A stretch of 62,469 nt of DNA, counting the filler, from Nemertoderma westbladi (taxonomy: Eukaryota; Animalia; Xenacoelomorpha): the NCBI GenBank assembly GCA_032718475.1. It is 3 parts of 3 records of this genome, joined end to end, with 100 filler letters (N's around TTAATTAATTAA, not from the genome) between each part and the next. Parts side by side here need not be neighbours in the genome. Positions count along the whole stretch, not along the records: positions 31,652 to 51,569 come from JAUCBJ010005346.1; 2 more parts are not named here. One strand, written 5' to 3'. The translations under genes were made by a program, and so were the position numbers. The notes beneath the pieces are model-generated. The model was not told the origin of the DNA. It saw only the letters and a program-made list of their open reading frames with translations, and ran no database searches. This document shows, piece after piece, positions 37,365 through 50,164 of the stretch (position 1 is its first letter; each line of letters begins with the position of its first letter).

Positions 37365-40217
37365 ATGACTGATTCATTTTTACTACCAAAAAGCATTGAA
37401 CGAGAAGGTTGGCACTTAAATACAGATGTTGTTTCTCGGCTTGTAATCGACACAACCAACTTGGGAAAGCAGTTATTAGACCTGGATTTACGTGAAATCG
37501 GGGCAAAAACGCTTCCAAGTGATTTAAGAAAACAGTCGTTAATTACTGGCCCTACTGTTCTACAGATTTTGAAAATTCGTAACATAGCTGTCCCAAAGGA
37601 TTCCCAGACAGATAAATCCGATAGATTAGCTCGTTTATTGAAACTAACAGTAACAGATGGACACACGACATGTAGTGCTCTAGAACATTCGACATTGGCG
37701 GATGTTTCTGTGGATACGATCCCGGGAACGAAGCTGCAGTTAAATGGCAATATTCGCGTACAGAACGGAACGCTGTTACTAGAGTCTTCCAACACACGTT
37801 GCCTCGGGGGCTTAGTGGAGTCTTTGGCGGCCAAGTGGCGGTCTGGGAAGTTGAAAGACCAGAACAAGGCCCGTGGTGGTGGGGACGCTGACTCACGACC
37901 ACCTCCGTGGGTCGCTTTCGGGAAACCCGTTGAAGCTGTTTCCAAGGCAATGACGCCGTCCAAAGGAACGTCTCCATCTAAAGGAACTTCTCCGTCCAAA
38001 GGAACGTCTCCTGTCAAACCAACTCAATTCGAGGAGAAGGTCGATGAGAGATCAGCCGAATTCCAGTCGAAACGTAAAGCTATTATTGCGGAGGCGCAAA
38101 GAATGAAGTATGATAATAAACAGGCGGTCTCCTCCATCCAACCAAACAACCCGGGCTCCTCCAGTCAACCTCAAGGACCGGGCCCCTCCAGTCAGCTACA
38201 TTGCCAGACCTCGTCCAGACATCCAGACACATTTACTGCGGGGTCTTCTGTGTCTGCAGGTAATTCACCGAGGCGAAATGGGTCAGTATCGGCGAACGAA
38301 GTCATGCAGCATAATAGAGCACCCTCATCTGGTCAAAACCAGGAGATTTCTGATGCAAGTAAGCGGTTGATGTCAGAAATGTTACATCAGAAAACTGCGG
38401 ACTTTGGTGGAAATCCCCCGAGAGCTCGGAGAACCGAGGAGAGATGGGGCAGGAGAGGGGATCAGGAAGGGATTAAACCGACGGATTACCAGCCTGGGAG
38501 GCCCTCAAAAGCGGCTACCCTGTTCGATTTCCTTGAACCAAAGATGGTTCCGGACTCATCTACAGATTCCCCGGTCACAAACTGTGTCCGGAGCGCCAGC
38601 GGTGTCCGAGACTCAGGTATCAGTTCTGTGACTTCAGTGTCAGCCCGAGATGCTTCCTCCAGTGCCCGGAATGATTCTTTGGGTGTCCGGGACGCCTCCT
38701 CAGGTGTCCGAGGTATCTCCCTTTCGGACACTCATAGTAACGAGGATAACAAAAGGCCGAGAGTTCCTCCAGTTACAGAAAGACACAGTGTTGTTACCCC
38801 AGTAACCGAACCAAACAGCTACCTGAGTCGTCCATACGAGGTCCCGCCTAGATTCCAACGCGCCGATAGTGGTAGCGTGACGTCAGAAGATAGCGAGGAG
38901 AGAAACGGTAGAGCAAACTCTGGGCGACGTGGCTACAATAGGCGACAAGCGGGGGATCTCGTGAGTTACCATGGGAATGGGTCTAACGCGAAGCCGCACG
39001 CCAATCAACCGGATTCGCGATGGCAGTCCCGCCAGGGGGCGTTACGCTGGGTCGACCCGCGGAACGGCGGAACAGGCCGCGGGGGGAATGTCGGGCGCAG
39101 TGACGTTAAACGGAACAACGGGAGGCGGGTTGGCAACCCGGAGGTTTACTCCCAGAGCGCCTCTGTGCAGCACGCACACCCTCCTGGTTACCCTTCTTAC
39201 CCCGGTTCGTCCCAAACTGCGTTTTACCCTTACACATCGGCGCAGCAGCAGCAGGCAGTTTCACAGCCCCCTTTCCCCCGTTCGCAGCCCCCCTTCCCTC
39301 TCTCGCAGCCCCCCTTCCCATCCGTCTATGTTGTGAACAGCAGCCCGATTAACCCCCCGCGAACTGGGATCGTTTCCAGTTACTCCCAGATCTATCCGGG
39401 TGTTGTTCCATCCAGTGGAGTTCTAATTTCCACTCATAATGGGTTCCCCCAAGCCAGCAGCACCCGAGAAGGTTACACCCAAGCCAACAACGGATACAGC
39501 CAAGCTGGTAATGGATACACCCAAGCTGGTAATGGATACACCCAAGCTGGTAATGGATACACCCAATCTGGTAATGGATACACCCAAGCTGGTAATGGAT
39601 ACACCCAATCTGGTAATGGATACACCCAAGCTGGTAATGGATACACCCAAGCTGGTAATGGATACACCCAATCTGGTAATGGATACACCCAAGCTGGTAA
39701 TGGATACACCCAAGCTGGTAATGGATACACCCAAGCTGGTAATGGATACACCCAAGCTGGTAATGGATACACCCAATCTGGTAATGGATACACCGAAAAT
39801 GGCGATCGGTCTTCCCAAACAAGCGATGGTTACATCCCTCCTCCTGCAACGCAGTCTTCCCAGAATGTTGTTCACGGTTACCCGAACAGTTGCCTAAGCA
39901 ACGGTCAATCAACGGAGGTCTACGTTAAACCTGGTCTCGCCTGCCACGCGCTGTACTATCCGGAAAGCAAGTACTACCCTGCGGTGGTGCAACAGGTCTA
40001 CCCCGAGGAGCAGACCTGCGTGGTTCAGTTCAGCCACTACGGGAACGTGGAGAACGTCTGTGTGTCGGATATACGGGTGGTGGTTAACTCCACACCGCCC
40101 CCCTCCACCTGGGTGGCTCCCTCTAGCGGGTCGCCAGCCTCATGGTTGGGTCCGCCCAGCGGTTTCGTTATTAACCAACTGCCACCCCCGGAGTTCGGTG
40201 GGGATGTTGTCGGTTAA
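37365..40217 (+). CDS. TDRD3: Tudor domain-containing protein 3, single coding exon, 950 aa
   Basis: RMI1_N-type OB fold (DLREIG, LQI.KIRN, RLLKLTVTDG, PGTKL), PPPWVAFG, TLFDFLE and a C-terminal Tudor (CHALYY...YYPAVV...VVQFSHYGNVENV). Confidence 0.92.
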   Translation: MTDSFLLPKSIEREGWHLNTDVVSRLVIDTTNLGKQLLDLDLREIGAKTLPSDLRKQSLITGPTVLQILKIRNIAVPKDSQTDKSDRLARLLKLTVTDGHTTCSALEHSTLADVSVDTIPGTKLQLNGNIRVQNGTLLLESSNTRCLGGLVESLAAKWRSGKLKDQNKARGGGDADSRPPPWVAFGKPVEAVSKAMTPSKGTSPSKGTSPSKGTSPVKPTQFEEKVDERSAEFQSKRKAIIAEAQRMKYDNKQAVSSIQPNNPGSSSQPQGPGPSSQLHCQTSSRHPDTFTAGSSVSAGNSPRRNGSVSANEVMQHNRAPSSGQNQEISDASKRLMSEMLHQKTADFGGNPPRARRTEERWGRRGDQEGIKPTDYQPGRPSKAATLFDFLEPKMVPDSSTDSPVTNCVRSASGVRDSGISSVTSVSARDASSSARNDSLGVRDASSGVRGISLSDTHSNEDNKRPRVPPVTERHSVVTPVTEPNSYLSRPYEVPPRFQRADSGSVTSEDSEERNGRANSGRRGYNRRQAGDLVSYHGNGSNAKPHANQPDSRWQSRQGALRWVDPRNGGTGRGGNVGRSDVKRNNGRRVGNPEVYSQSASVQHAHPPGYPSYPGSSQTAFYPYTSAQQQQAVSQPPFPRSQPPFPLSQPPFPSVYVVNSSPINPPRTGIVSSYSQIYPGVVPSSGVLISTHNGFPQASSTREGYTQANNGYSQAGNGYTQAGNGYTQAGNGYTQSGNGYTQAGNGYTQSGNGYTQAGNGYTQAGNGYTQSGNGYTQAGNGYTQAGNGYTQAGNGYTQAGNGYTQSGNGYTENGDRSSQTSDGYIPPPATQSSQNVVHGYPNSCLSNGQSTEVYVKPGLACHALYYPESKYYPAVVQQVYPEEQTCVVQFSHYGNVENVCVSDIRVVVNSTPPPSTWVAPSSGSPASWLGPPSGFVINQLPPPEFGGDVVG
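39471..39800 (+). repeat. Coding 21-bp minisatellite GYTQ(A/S)GN x~16 in TDRD3
   Basis: ggatacacccaa(g/t)ctggtaat units. Confidence 0.97.
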
Positions 40218-42606
40218 TGCGTCGGTATATATACCGCTAAGACCTGGGAAGGGGTTGGCGTTGTTTTCTTTTCATAGGAATAATATATTAATATATGATG
40301 GGTTATTTTTTTTGTGCGAAAGTCTTTTGAGTTTCATTGTATTATTATGAGGAAAACGGAATTCCACGGCCTCGAAAAATTCTGTAAATTTCAATGCTCT
40401 TTTTGAGTCTTTTATACAGCGCATGAAAATTGTGATAAAGTTGCAATGGTTGTAAATAAATAGCCAGTAACCGAACCACCAAATTTATATCAATCCCGAT
40501 ATGATCGCGATTGGACGCTTCGCTATTAACCTTTCTTCTAGTGTTTGGTCATTATGAGGTAATTATTACTTTATTAGCTCTTTAGATGCGCAAAAATCGA
40601 AATAGTAAAAAGAAAAAATAATACAATTTGAGGATGTTACATAGTCTTCAGCTGTAATGCCTCTGAAATTAAATTGTATTTCTATTTATTTATCTCTACC
40701 GATATTAATAATGGAATCATTGTGATGCGCGAGGGCTGAGTTTTAAATGATACTTGAAATCATCTTTGTTTGTCGACACCTTGTGTCATCTCGATGCCCT
40801 CGACATCCCCTAAATTCCATCTATTGGAATTCTTTACGGATGGTTTTATTTTGCTCCAATAATAATAGCAGGGAGAAAGTCGTTGGCCCTCCTTAACCTA
40901 CCTTCTAAGTGACAGACAAGCATATCAGTAACTCATTATAGGATATTCTTACAATTTTTCCACTATAAGATCAGGCTATGTTTGAGCTCCTTGTTCTTCA
41001 CTTCTAAACTCACCCCAAATTAACTGCCCTGCCATCATGTATCACTTTAATGCTACGGCGGAGGTTAATGCTGAAATTTAACTGGGGTTTAACTAAGGCA
41101 AAATTGTTACCTTATTAATATTTTACTGTTATTGATTGGTTTTTAATATTGTCATTTTCCGAGCTATGTCTTCCTGCGTAGACATGCAAGGCCTATAATT
41201 TTAAAAGAAGGCGGAATATTACACCTCAATACTTTTAACTTTTTGACGGTCTTATTTGCACCTACTAGAACATTGGGGTTCTATCAAGCTAAAAATTGGT
41301 ATTGTATGGCCATTAGAAGTGGCTCTGGTAGCTGAAACTCGCATCGTTACCGCTGTGATTTATATAGTTATAAATTTGGTGGGTTAATTTCAGTATCAGG
41401 ATTATCTCAACCAAAGGAAAGATAATTAGCAAAGAAATTAGGCCTACTTGTTTTTTTAAAATTTTGAGTTGGTATTGCAATTTTCAAAAAAGGTTCTCCA
41501 AAGAATAACTGGCAGCTTATCCGCTATTATTGTTATCATCTCATTTATATTTGTGCCGCATAAAATCGCATCCAATGAATAAAGACCCCCCCCCCCCCCG
41601 TCACAATCTCAGGTGGTAACAATGCCTGTGATTAAATTAATCTATTCGCATACAATGTTGTGGTGTGTGCGTATTGACCGGGACCTGATTGGATGTGTTT
41701 TGCGCTGGCGACGAAGCCCACTTACTAACTTCTTTAATTTCCAGTAATTTCTCATCCCATCAGAGTTGGTTTCAGAAATAAAAACTTAATATGCTATCGA
41801 TATAATTTGACTATCCATATACCAAATATATTGTATGGTTGGTGGTGGGTGGGTGCTGCTTGGTTGAATGCATTATATTTTAGAATACCTTTAAATACAA
41901 TTTATACCCTTAACTATCATTGATTATGCATTTACGCCATCTTATTTGTGTGACTTGGAATTCCTCAGAATTATATTGACTCCATTTCACAAACGGAACA
42001 GTAACAGTGTAAATTTCGGAATCCGTATTGTAAATAATAATTCGGTTGTTCGATTTGTGTTACATTATCAGGCATTAAATCTGATGCTGGTATTTTCTCT
42101 ATGCGAGGTACACAGTTTATGCATAGTAGTATATTATGCACATAAATATTGTGTTAATGTCATTGTCAGTAACAGTACAGTGAGAAAGTGCTCGTTATCA
42201 TGTAGGTTAGTATCCTTATTTGACTCTAACTGTCTAACATTTGATCCCAACATTGTAATAAAGAGTTTCTTCAAATATTTTTGAATTTTCTCAGATATTA
42301 TTAAACTGATGTGCTTTTTGTTTGTGCTGTAATTTTCGACTTTATTGAAACTGCCTGTTTTACTTACATGTACCTGTAGTAGTAGGCGTCGCACATACCA
42401 AACTCAGTTAAGTCGATTCGAATTATTTGTTATTTTTTGAAGTTTCGCACATTGTAAATATGATTAGCACCGGGGTAAAAGGGTTTTTATCTGGTTACTT
42501 TATTGGTGGCAGCTTTCTCTGCTATTTTGTTTGCAAAACTCGTTCGTTTTTTTCCCTTGGATTGTTCATCGTAAAAATTAATCAATTTAGATATACCGCG
42601 GTATAC

Positions 42607-43257
42607 ACCATGACCCCTAATATAGTGTCATTTTCTGATGACACGGACCCCCCCCCCCCCAGATTTTTCTACAAATTTTATTGCTTGAAATTTGAAACAC
42701 AATTAGTTCAACTCACCGTGGTTGTTACCATGAAGCCGGAATTTTCGATTTTGCCTGTAAATTTTTTTTATAAGCTTTTTAAAAAAGTCTCCTAAAAAAA
42801 TGAGAAAAGAGGAGAAATAAAAAATCTCCTATCGTTGCCAATCTTCATTTTTCATATAATTAGAAATTAATGTAATATCATTAGAAAGCTTGCGTTGAAA
42901 GTATTCCAAATTATGTAACATTATCTGAATTTCATTGAGAAACAGCTGAGATATAGGCGTTCAAAGATTGCAATAATTATTGTTCGCTGCAGGCCATTTA
43001 TTCTATTAAATAAATACACAAAATTCTAGAACGTGTTATTTATTTTATAAGTTGGTTGGCAACAGGGATATGCCTATACAATAAATCTATTGCTTAGCTA
43101 CTCATACATTGTTGTCACTCTTACATTATTGTGTATATACCAATTGTGTTTCAAATTTCAAATTTCAAGCAATATGATAACGAGTTGTAGAAAAATCTGG
43201 GGGGGGGGGGGGGGGTCGTGTCATCAGAGAATGACACTATATATTACGGGCCATGGT
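42607..43257. mobile_element. MITE with ~70-bp TIRs containing C/G runs
   Basis: tatagtgtcattttctgatgacacg..(C)n agatttttctacaa versus ttgtagaaaaatct(G)n tcgtgtcatcagagaatgacactata. Confidence 0.85.
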
Positions 43258-45432
43258 ACTACGATTAATCAATGAATTATGAATTGATACTAAATATCGA
43301 AAGTTGGGTTGAATTTCATTATTAATTTTAATACTATTATGTTGTGTTTACTTTATACTTAGCATTTGTTGCTTCGCAGTTTTCTTTTTGTTGTGAGAGA
43401 TGAAATATGCTGCACTACAGTTATATATGTGCTGCATTTAATTACGGACGGGGCACGAAATTATTGAACGTTACCGTCCTACAATACTACAGTTTAGTGT
43501 CTATGCACGTTTGTTAATTTTTATTTATGTTAACCTTTTCTCAACCCCCTCCTCCTACTTTCTATTGTGGTTTCATACCTTTTTCCTGAAATTTTCCTTG
43601 GGAAACTTTACGCTTTTCATATTTTTTGGTTTATTTTCTGATCTGATAGACATGTCTAGGTATCTAGGCCTTTTCGGTGGCAGTTCCCTATGATAATGAT
43701 AATGATTAACACAACCACAGAAACTTACAACGTTTTCACTCTCTCTGTACCAAAACTCGAATTAAATAAATACATTATATGATTTATTTATATACTTAGA
43801 GTCATTTTACCCAATTAATCACCTAAATGTAATAATAATTATTTTCCTTTCTAAAATAAATTAAATAGTACAAATTATTTTGTTAACTAACGTTCGGAGT
43901 TTTATAATTTCGGTCGTTGTATATTTTTTACGTAATCTATATCGATAATCAGTTTTCTGAACGCCGTATTTTTCTTAAATATTATTATGCTTAAAGATAC
44001 ACGTCAATAATTCATTCATATCGTGCAATGCAATATGTTGCTTAATATTATGTGTGGGTTTGCTATATATTACGAATTTTTCTTTGCTATTTGCTGGGTT
44101 TTGTAGTTTTAGTTTAGTTTTTATAATAGATTTCTTGTAAAATGTAGGTTTACATTGTTTGGGCGTATTTTGATGATATAATTAATTACAGTTCAGTATG
44201 TTTTTTTTCATTATGTAAAACCAATTATTAGATGGGTTTCATTTTTGTCGGTAATTTGGTTAATAATTTGTTTATATACCACCCAGTGTTGTTATTTTCC
44301 CTTACGACATTTTTCTGGTGTTTTGGATAGGTGCCAACTAATTATGTAGTTTGTCAATATTTTGCTTTATTATTTTTCCAGTTAGTAATTCCTCTATATT
44401 TGGCAAAGGTTTCATTTGTATTCGCAATTAATACAGTTTCAATTTAATGTTTCAACTTAGATTTCGTTATCTTTGGGATGGATATACAATTCTTTCGAAA
44501 AGTTCATCATTACTTAATGCTGTTGGTTTTTATAGAATCGGTCGGTACTGGATTCTTTTTAAACACCACATTCGTAGTTTATTGATGAAGTGTTCCTGTT
44601 TACAGTATTCGCTTTTAAATAAGGGTTAAATGGTATCACGTTAAATGATACATAAAATGTCCGTCCATAAATAATTTAGAATTCTGTTCTAGACACTTTA
44701 AGGTTTAGTGGATTTTAAGCGAAAGATTCCTTTATTATTACACACTTTTAAACGATATTTCAAGGTAATCCAGAAGCTTAACAAAACCACCTGGTTTTAC
44801 AACTCAATCGAGTAATTCTAGTTTATATTGAATTCGTTGACCCGAAATGAAATCCCTGCTACCCTTTGAGTTTTGTTCTTAATCTCTCGCGGGACCGAAA
44901 TTGCATCAAACTCCTAACCGTTGGGGAATTCGCGTAAGTAACCCACTCCCGTTTTGGTGCCATTAAACTAAAGGATTGAGAATTAATGCCGACTCTGTTA
45001 AATAAAGATTACCTCTGAAATCTAATTAGTCACTTGGTTAACTTCGTAAATATATGGCGGGTAATAATACTGAAAGATTGGGTGTGTATGTGTACTACCT
45101 AATGGAAGGGGGTGGGGGGAATCTAATTTATCGAGCTCCATTAGACCGTGACTCAAATGCAATTTCGCTTCACCCGAGTACCTGGCCCATGCCCACAATA
45201 TGCAGTGTGCTACATAGTATCTTTGTCGGACTGTTTTTTAGAAAACAGCTTTTATATATCCATCCTACAGCCAATAATGTACTACTATAACCGGCCTGCT
45301 GCATAGCAGCTGCACATTGAGTTCCTATATACTGGCTGAACAAAAAATGTTGCCACCACCATGCAATCCTCAATTAGCTAGCAAGCTGTGCCGGCTAAAG
45401 TTACTGAGATTATCCGCATCTTCAACGTCAGT

Positions 45433-45600
45433 GTGGGGCGAGCCACGTAAGTCCGGGTGAGCTCCTGTAGATAAAAAGTTTATAAATTTTACATACTAAC
45501 AGACCTGTCTGTCTGTCGACCGCTAGGGGGCGAATGACTAAACATTTCACTATTTTGTTCCCCTACACAAAGGCTCATCAGGACTTACGTGTGCTCCTCA
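45433..45600. mobile_element. Short relative of the 55655 element
   Basis: Starts gtggggcgagccacg; IR cacgtaagtcc / ggacttacgtg; (TGTC)n; CCGCTAGGGGGCG. Confidence 0.55.
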
Positions 45601-45609
45601 AGAGGCGTC

Positions 45610-45830
45610 TCGAGAAAGTCATGGGCTGTCCACCATGCTTATTTTCTCCATGAGGCAGACAAAGCGCAAGATTGTGCACTTGCTGGTCCTATCAGAGAAA
45701 GCAATGTCCTGCGAAGGGGATTCGGATGAGACTCCGTTAGAGCGTTTCAACAGCAGTTAGAGCCCTTCATGGACTTCCATAGAGGAGGACTGGAACTACT
45801 GCTGCTCTAAATAATCGGACATTAAGTTTC
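45610..45830 (-). mobile_element. Degenerate RTE-like 3' fragment
   Basis: Matches parts of 59560-59915 (gaaagtcatgggctgtccaccatgctta; ggaactactgctgctctaaa). Confidence 0.7.
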
Positions 45831-46176
45831 CGAGTTATTAGTTTCATCTATGTATAAGTTGGCTTTTCATGGCCTTATTGTGGTTGCAGTGTAGCTATAC
45901 TGATTTATTTACACTATACCTACCAGCCGCCTGGCCCTTAATCATACACAGGTATGGGAGACTTACTATTAGTTATTACTTATTAGATATGTTATGTGTA
46001 ACTTTTGTCTGCTTCCATGTTGAATGGAATTTATTAACCTAATGTCTAATTGCGCCCGAAATCATATATTGCTTTGTAAATCTTAATATTGAGTCTTAAT
46101 ATAATACTGAACTAGTGAACATCGTCGAACTTGGTGTGCTTCTGACCGAGTTGTTTGGGGTGGGTTTGTTTTTGGG

Positions 46177-47660
46177 TGATGATGATGATGATCGGCTTGC
46201 ACTAGGGTGCAGTGCCGGCGGCCCCAGAAACATAGCGCCCCCAGATCTTGCGGTCAGCCATACAATTTCCTAATTCATTCCTGTTCTCAAGTCCTGTGTC
46301 CTTGAGCAGGCGTTTGAGGAAAGTCATTGGCTGTCCACCACGTCTATTCTCGCCAGCAGGCTGCCACAGCACAAGGTTGTGTACAGGTTGATCCTGCCGG
46401 CGGAAACAGTGCCCAGCCAACATTATACGGCGTTTCTGCAGGGTGATGCTAGGTCTTGGCAATGAGATGTTACCATATTTATATAACACCTCATTGCTTA
46501 TGTGTGCATCATATGCTATGTTGTGCACCCGGCGAAGCATCCTGGTGTATGTGCCATCCAAGGACCTGGTGTCTTCAGCAGTTAGAGCCCAGCATGGGAG
46601 TGCCATAGAGCAGCACAGGCTCCACTGCTGCTCGGAAAAGGCGTACCTTTAAAGAGCATGAGATATCAGAGCTCTTCCAGATCCTGGATAGCTTGTGGAT
46701 GGCGGACCAGGCTTTCCCTTTGCGAATTCGGAGATCTTCAGCAGACCTCCGAACCCATGATCCAAGGTAGCAGAAGTCGTTCACATGACTTACCAGTCCA
46801 ACCAGCGATTGAATGTTATCCCGATCAATTTTCTGCTGATCTGAATCCATGTTTACTGTCAGAATTTTGGTCTTTGTGCTATTCACAAAGAGGCCAACAC
46901 TAGATGCTGCCTCCTCTAAGCTAGATAGCAGCTTCTGTGCTCCTTCTAATGTCTCTGACAGTAAACCAAGGTCATCTGCAAAGTCAAGGTCGGTTAGATG
47001 TTCTGCTGGGGAACCACGTCTACGGCTACCTGATGGTGGAGATATTTCCACCCCATCAGCTTCATGAAGATCGAGTGATGTCCGCAGCACATAGTCCACC
47101 ACAATAATGAAGAGGAACGGGGCTAATGTGTCTCCTTGAAGGACACCCCAGAGAACCTCAAATGGGTCTGTGTCTCCATCAGTAGTGGATACAAAGGTCG
47201 TGGAACCGTCATATACTGATCTGATTGCATTAATGATCTCATTGGGGATCCCATATGCCTGAAGAATTTGGAATATGCGTGGGCGTGACACGGAATCGAA
47301 GGCCTTGAAGAAATCCACAAATATGACAGCCAAATGTCTGTCTTTCTTTGTAGAAACCTCTTCAATAATCCTTCTAAGTGCCAGAATGGGTTCAAAGGTA
47401 CCTCTACCTTTTCGAAACCCATTTTGATTCCCACGCAAGAGTCTTTCTACAGGATCCCTAATGCGATTCAGCATTATTCTGTTGAATAATTTAGCTGCAA
47501 TTGAGATTAGACTAATTCCACGATATGAACCAAAATAGGAGAGGTTGCCCTTCTTTGGAACGGGTGTTAGCCGATTAGTCTTCAGTTCTTGTGGTGCAAT
47601 CTTAGTGCGGTACATTTCTGCTACTATTTCAACTTGTTTTTGGGTGAGCCGGCATTGCAC
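46177..47660 (-). mobile_element. RTE-like LINE, 5'-truncated, one +1 frameshift near 46598, (CAT)n tail
   Basis: YRGISL, NQNGFRKGR, FVDFFKAFDSV, QGDTLAPFLF, DFADDL, YLGS, LAGHCFR; stop at 46202; gat repeats 46177-46193. Confidence 0.9.
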
Positions 47661-48546
47661 CCTCGTGTATGCGGTTGGTCATGCAGCCGAATTCGTGTCT
47701 CCCATATCTGGATCCGGGAATCACTCATAAATAGGATGGCTTACAGATCGGCCTATACTTTGCTTTATTCACAAGCTATGATACGATAATCATATTGATC
47801 ACCAACGCATTATATTATTTGATGTCCATTATATTCCAGATAAAGGAGCTCTGGTTATGCCCTGGGGGTCCAAAATGTTATAGTTGAATAAACCAGTAGT
47901 ATCACCATATCAATCAATTTATCATCATCCTGCCACTATTGCTCTGAGCAGTTGACATTTTTCGGAACTAGATTGTGTTATATAAACTGAATAATGCAAA
48001 TTAAAGTAGAGGAAGTAGGGGCCTATATAGGTAATGTCTTCTTTATAAATAAATTAGAAAATCTTAGATTTATGTTCCTTTAGTGAAATTTATTTTCAAA
48101 GTAATTTTTTCTGTGATTGTTTTATATATATTTTTCCATAACCTTAATGAATGACGGAGTGTCTTTTAGTGTAACGGACCCATCAACAATACCATGGTCC
48201 ATAAGACACAAAGTTTCTTCAGTAACCAACTACACTATTATAAAACACTACACTATAACAGAATTTAAAGAAAAATACTTATTCTTCGTATGACAAATAT
48301 ACAATTGGTAACACAGAGAAAGGCGAACAAGAGTCGATCCCATCCATTTTAATCGTCCCGCGTTCTACCCGGCACTATATTATTAAGATGGTTAAAGCTG
48401 AGTTAAAGTCTGTATATTTATTATATTTAAGTCATATAAATTTGTATTTATAAATTTACAATGTAGATTACAGTAGTAGCCTATGTTAGTAAATTAATGT
48501 ATTACAGTATGTAGGTTATGATACATGGTAGGTAAGGAATGCACTA

Positions 48547-49135
48547 ACAATGTACCAAAAAACGGCCCAAAAATTAACCTAACCAATACAAAAACAATGT
48601 AACAAAAAACGGCCCTAAAATTAACCTAACCAATACAAAAACAATGTAACAAAAAACGGCCCTAAAATTAACCTAACCAATACAAAAACAATGTAACAAA
48701 AAACGGCCCTAAAATTAACCTAACCAATACAAAAACAATGTAACAAAAAACGGCCCAAAAATTAACCTAACCAATACAAAAACAATGTAACAAAAAACGG
48801 CCCAAAAATAAACCTAACCAATACAAAAACAATGTAACAAAAAACGGCCCAAAAATTAACCTAACCAATACAAAAACAATGTAACAAAAAACGGCCCAAA
48901 AATTAACCTAACCAATACAAAAACAATGTAACAAAAAACGGCTCAAAAATTAACCTAACCAATACAAAAACAATGTAACAAAAAACGGCCCAAAAATTAA
49001 CCTAACCAATACAAAAACAATGTAACAAAAAACGGCCCAAAAATTAACCTAACCAATACAAAAACAATGTAACAAAAAACGGCCCAAAAATTAACCTAAC
49101 CAATACAAAAACAATGTAACAAAAAAAGTAACAAA
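48547..49135. repeat. 47-bp tandem repeat, ~12 copies, containing TAACCTAACC
   Basis: cggccc at 48563, 48610, 48657 and onwards. Confidence 0.95.
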
Positions 49136-50164
49136 AAACGACAAAAAATGCCATAGGAAAACAGTACCTACTGCACACAATCCTGCAAGATATAAGTACT
49201 GTATGTAAAGTACTGTAGGCCTATTAAGTAGTTATTATGTCGGTTATGGTAGCCAAGTGATGCACAAACTAAGTAACAGAAAACGTCCTAAAAATAAGCT
49301 AGCTAACGTAGATACGTATAAAAAACGTCCTAAAAACTGGTCTGGTCTAACAAACGCGCAGCAACGAGCGCAACAAACAACGTGACAATGGATGAAGCAA
49401 CAATTTTACGGTTTCTGATAATAATTAATAACTACTGTACATCATATTTTTATGTTCACATGGATGACAACATACTTTTGGATGTTAAAAATGAAATATA
49501 TAGTGCCATGAGAAATAACAGAGTATCCCATTAATTGGTTTTTACTGATAGCTGACCAGGGAGGGGTAGGCCCTGCCTATCTGGTAATACAAATAAAATC
49601 CTTTATTCCACAAAAATGCCCTTTTAACACTAATTATTTATTACCGATATTTCAAGAATAGGCCTAAACAATGTCCTAGAATATAGTGACTTTATCTGGA
49701 ACCCACGCACACAAAAAAAACATTTACTTGTCGATATTGTACCAGTTACACTGCAGTTATTCTTCAACCTTATTGATTTGTTTGTAGGCCTACTGATGGG
49801 AAGTAATAGATAATAATCATATTGGTAAATAATATCGAAAATCACAGTCAGCTTTAAATTGCAAAGTAATTCAATATCACTCTAATTCTAAAGTCTATCT
49901 CTCCTAATCTACCTATCCTAACGCCTCCTTTTCGCCTACACTACCCTAATGTAATCTCAAATAAACCTAATAGAATCTACGTCTATGTAGGCCTATTACT
50001 ATATCCAGAATAACTTCGGTGTAGCTGGTGCAATATCGACAGAAACACCTTTTTCAAACACTTTTAGTTAATAATTGAAATCAAAAATTAAAATTCTGGC
50101 TCACCCAGTCAGATAGAGGATGGAGGTGAAACTATCTCGGTTTCAAATTTCATGTAATCTCATT

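Noticed and set aside
43530-44629. Possible piggyBac relic bounded by TTAA-CC...GG-TTAA
   Set aside because: Terminal match is only a few bases and no transposase remnant is visible.
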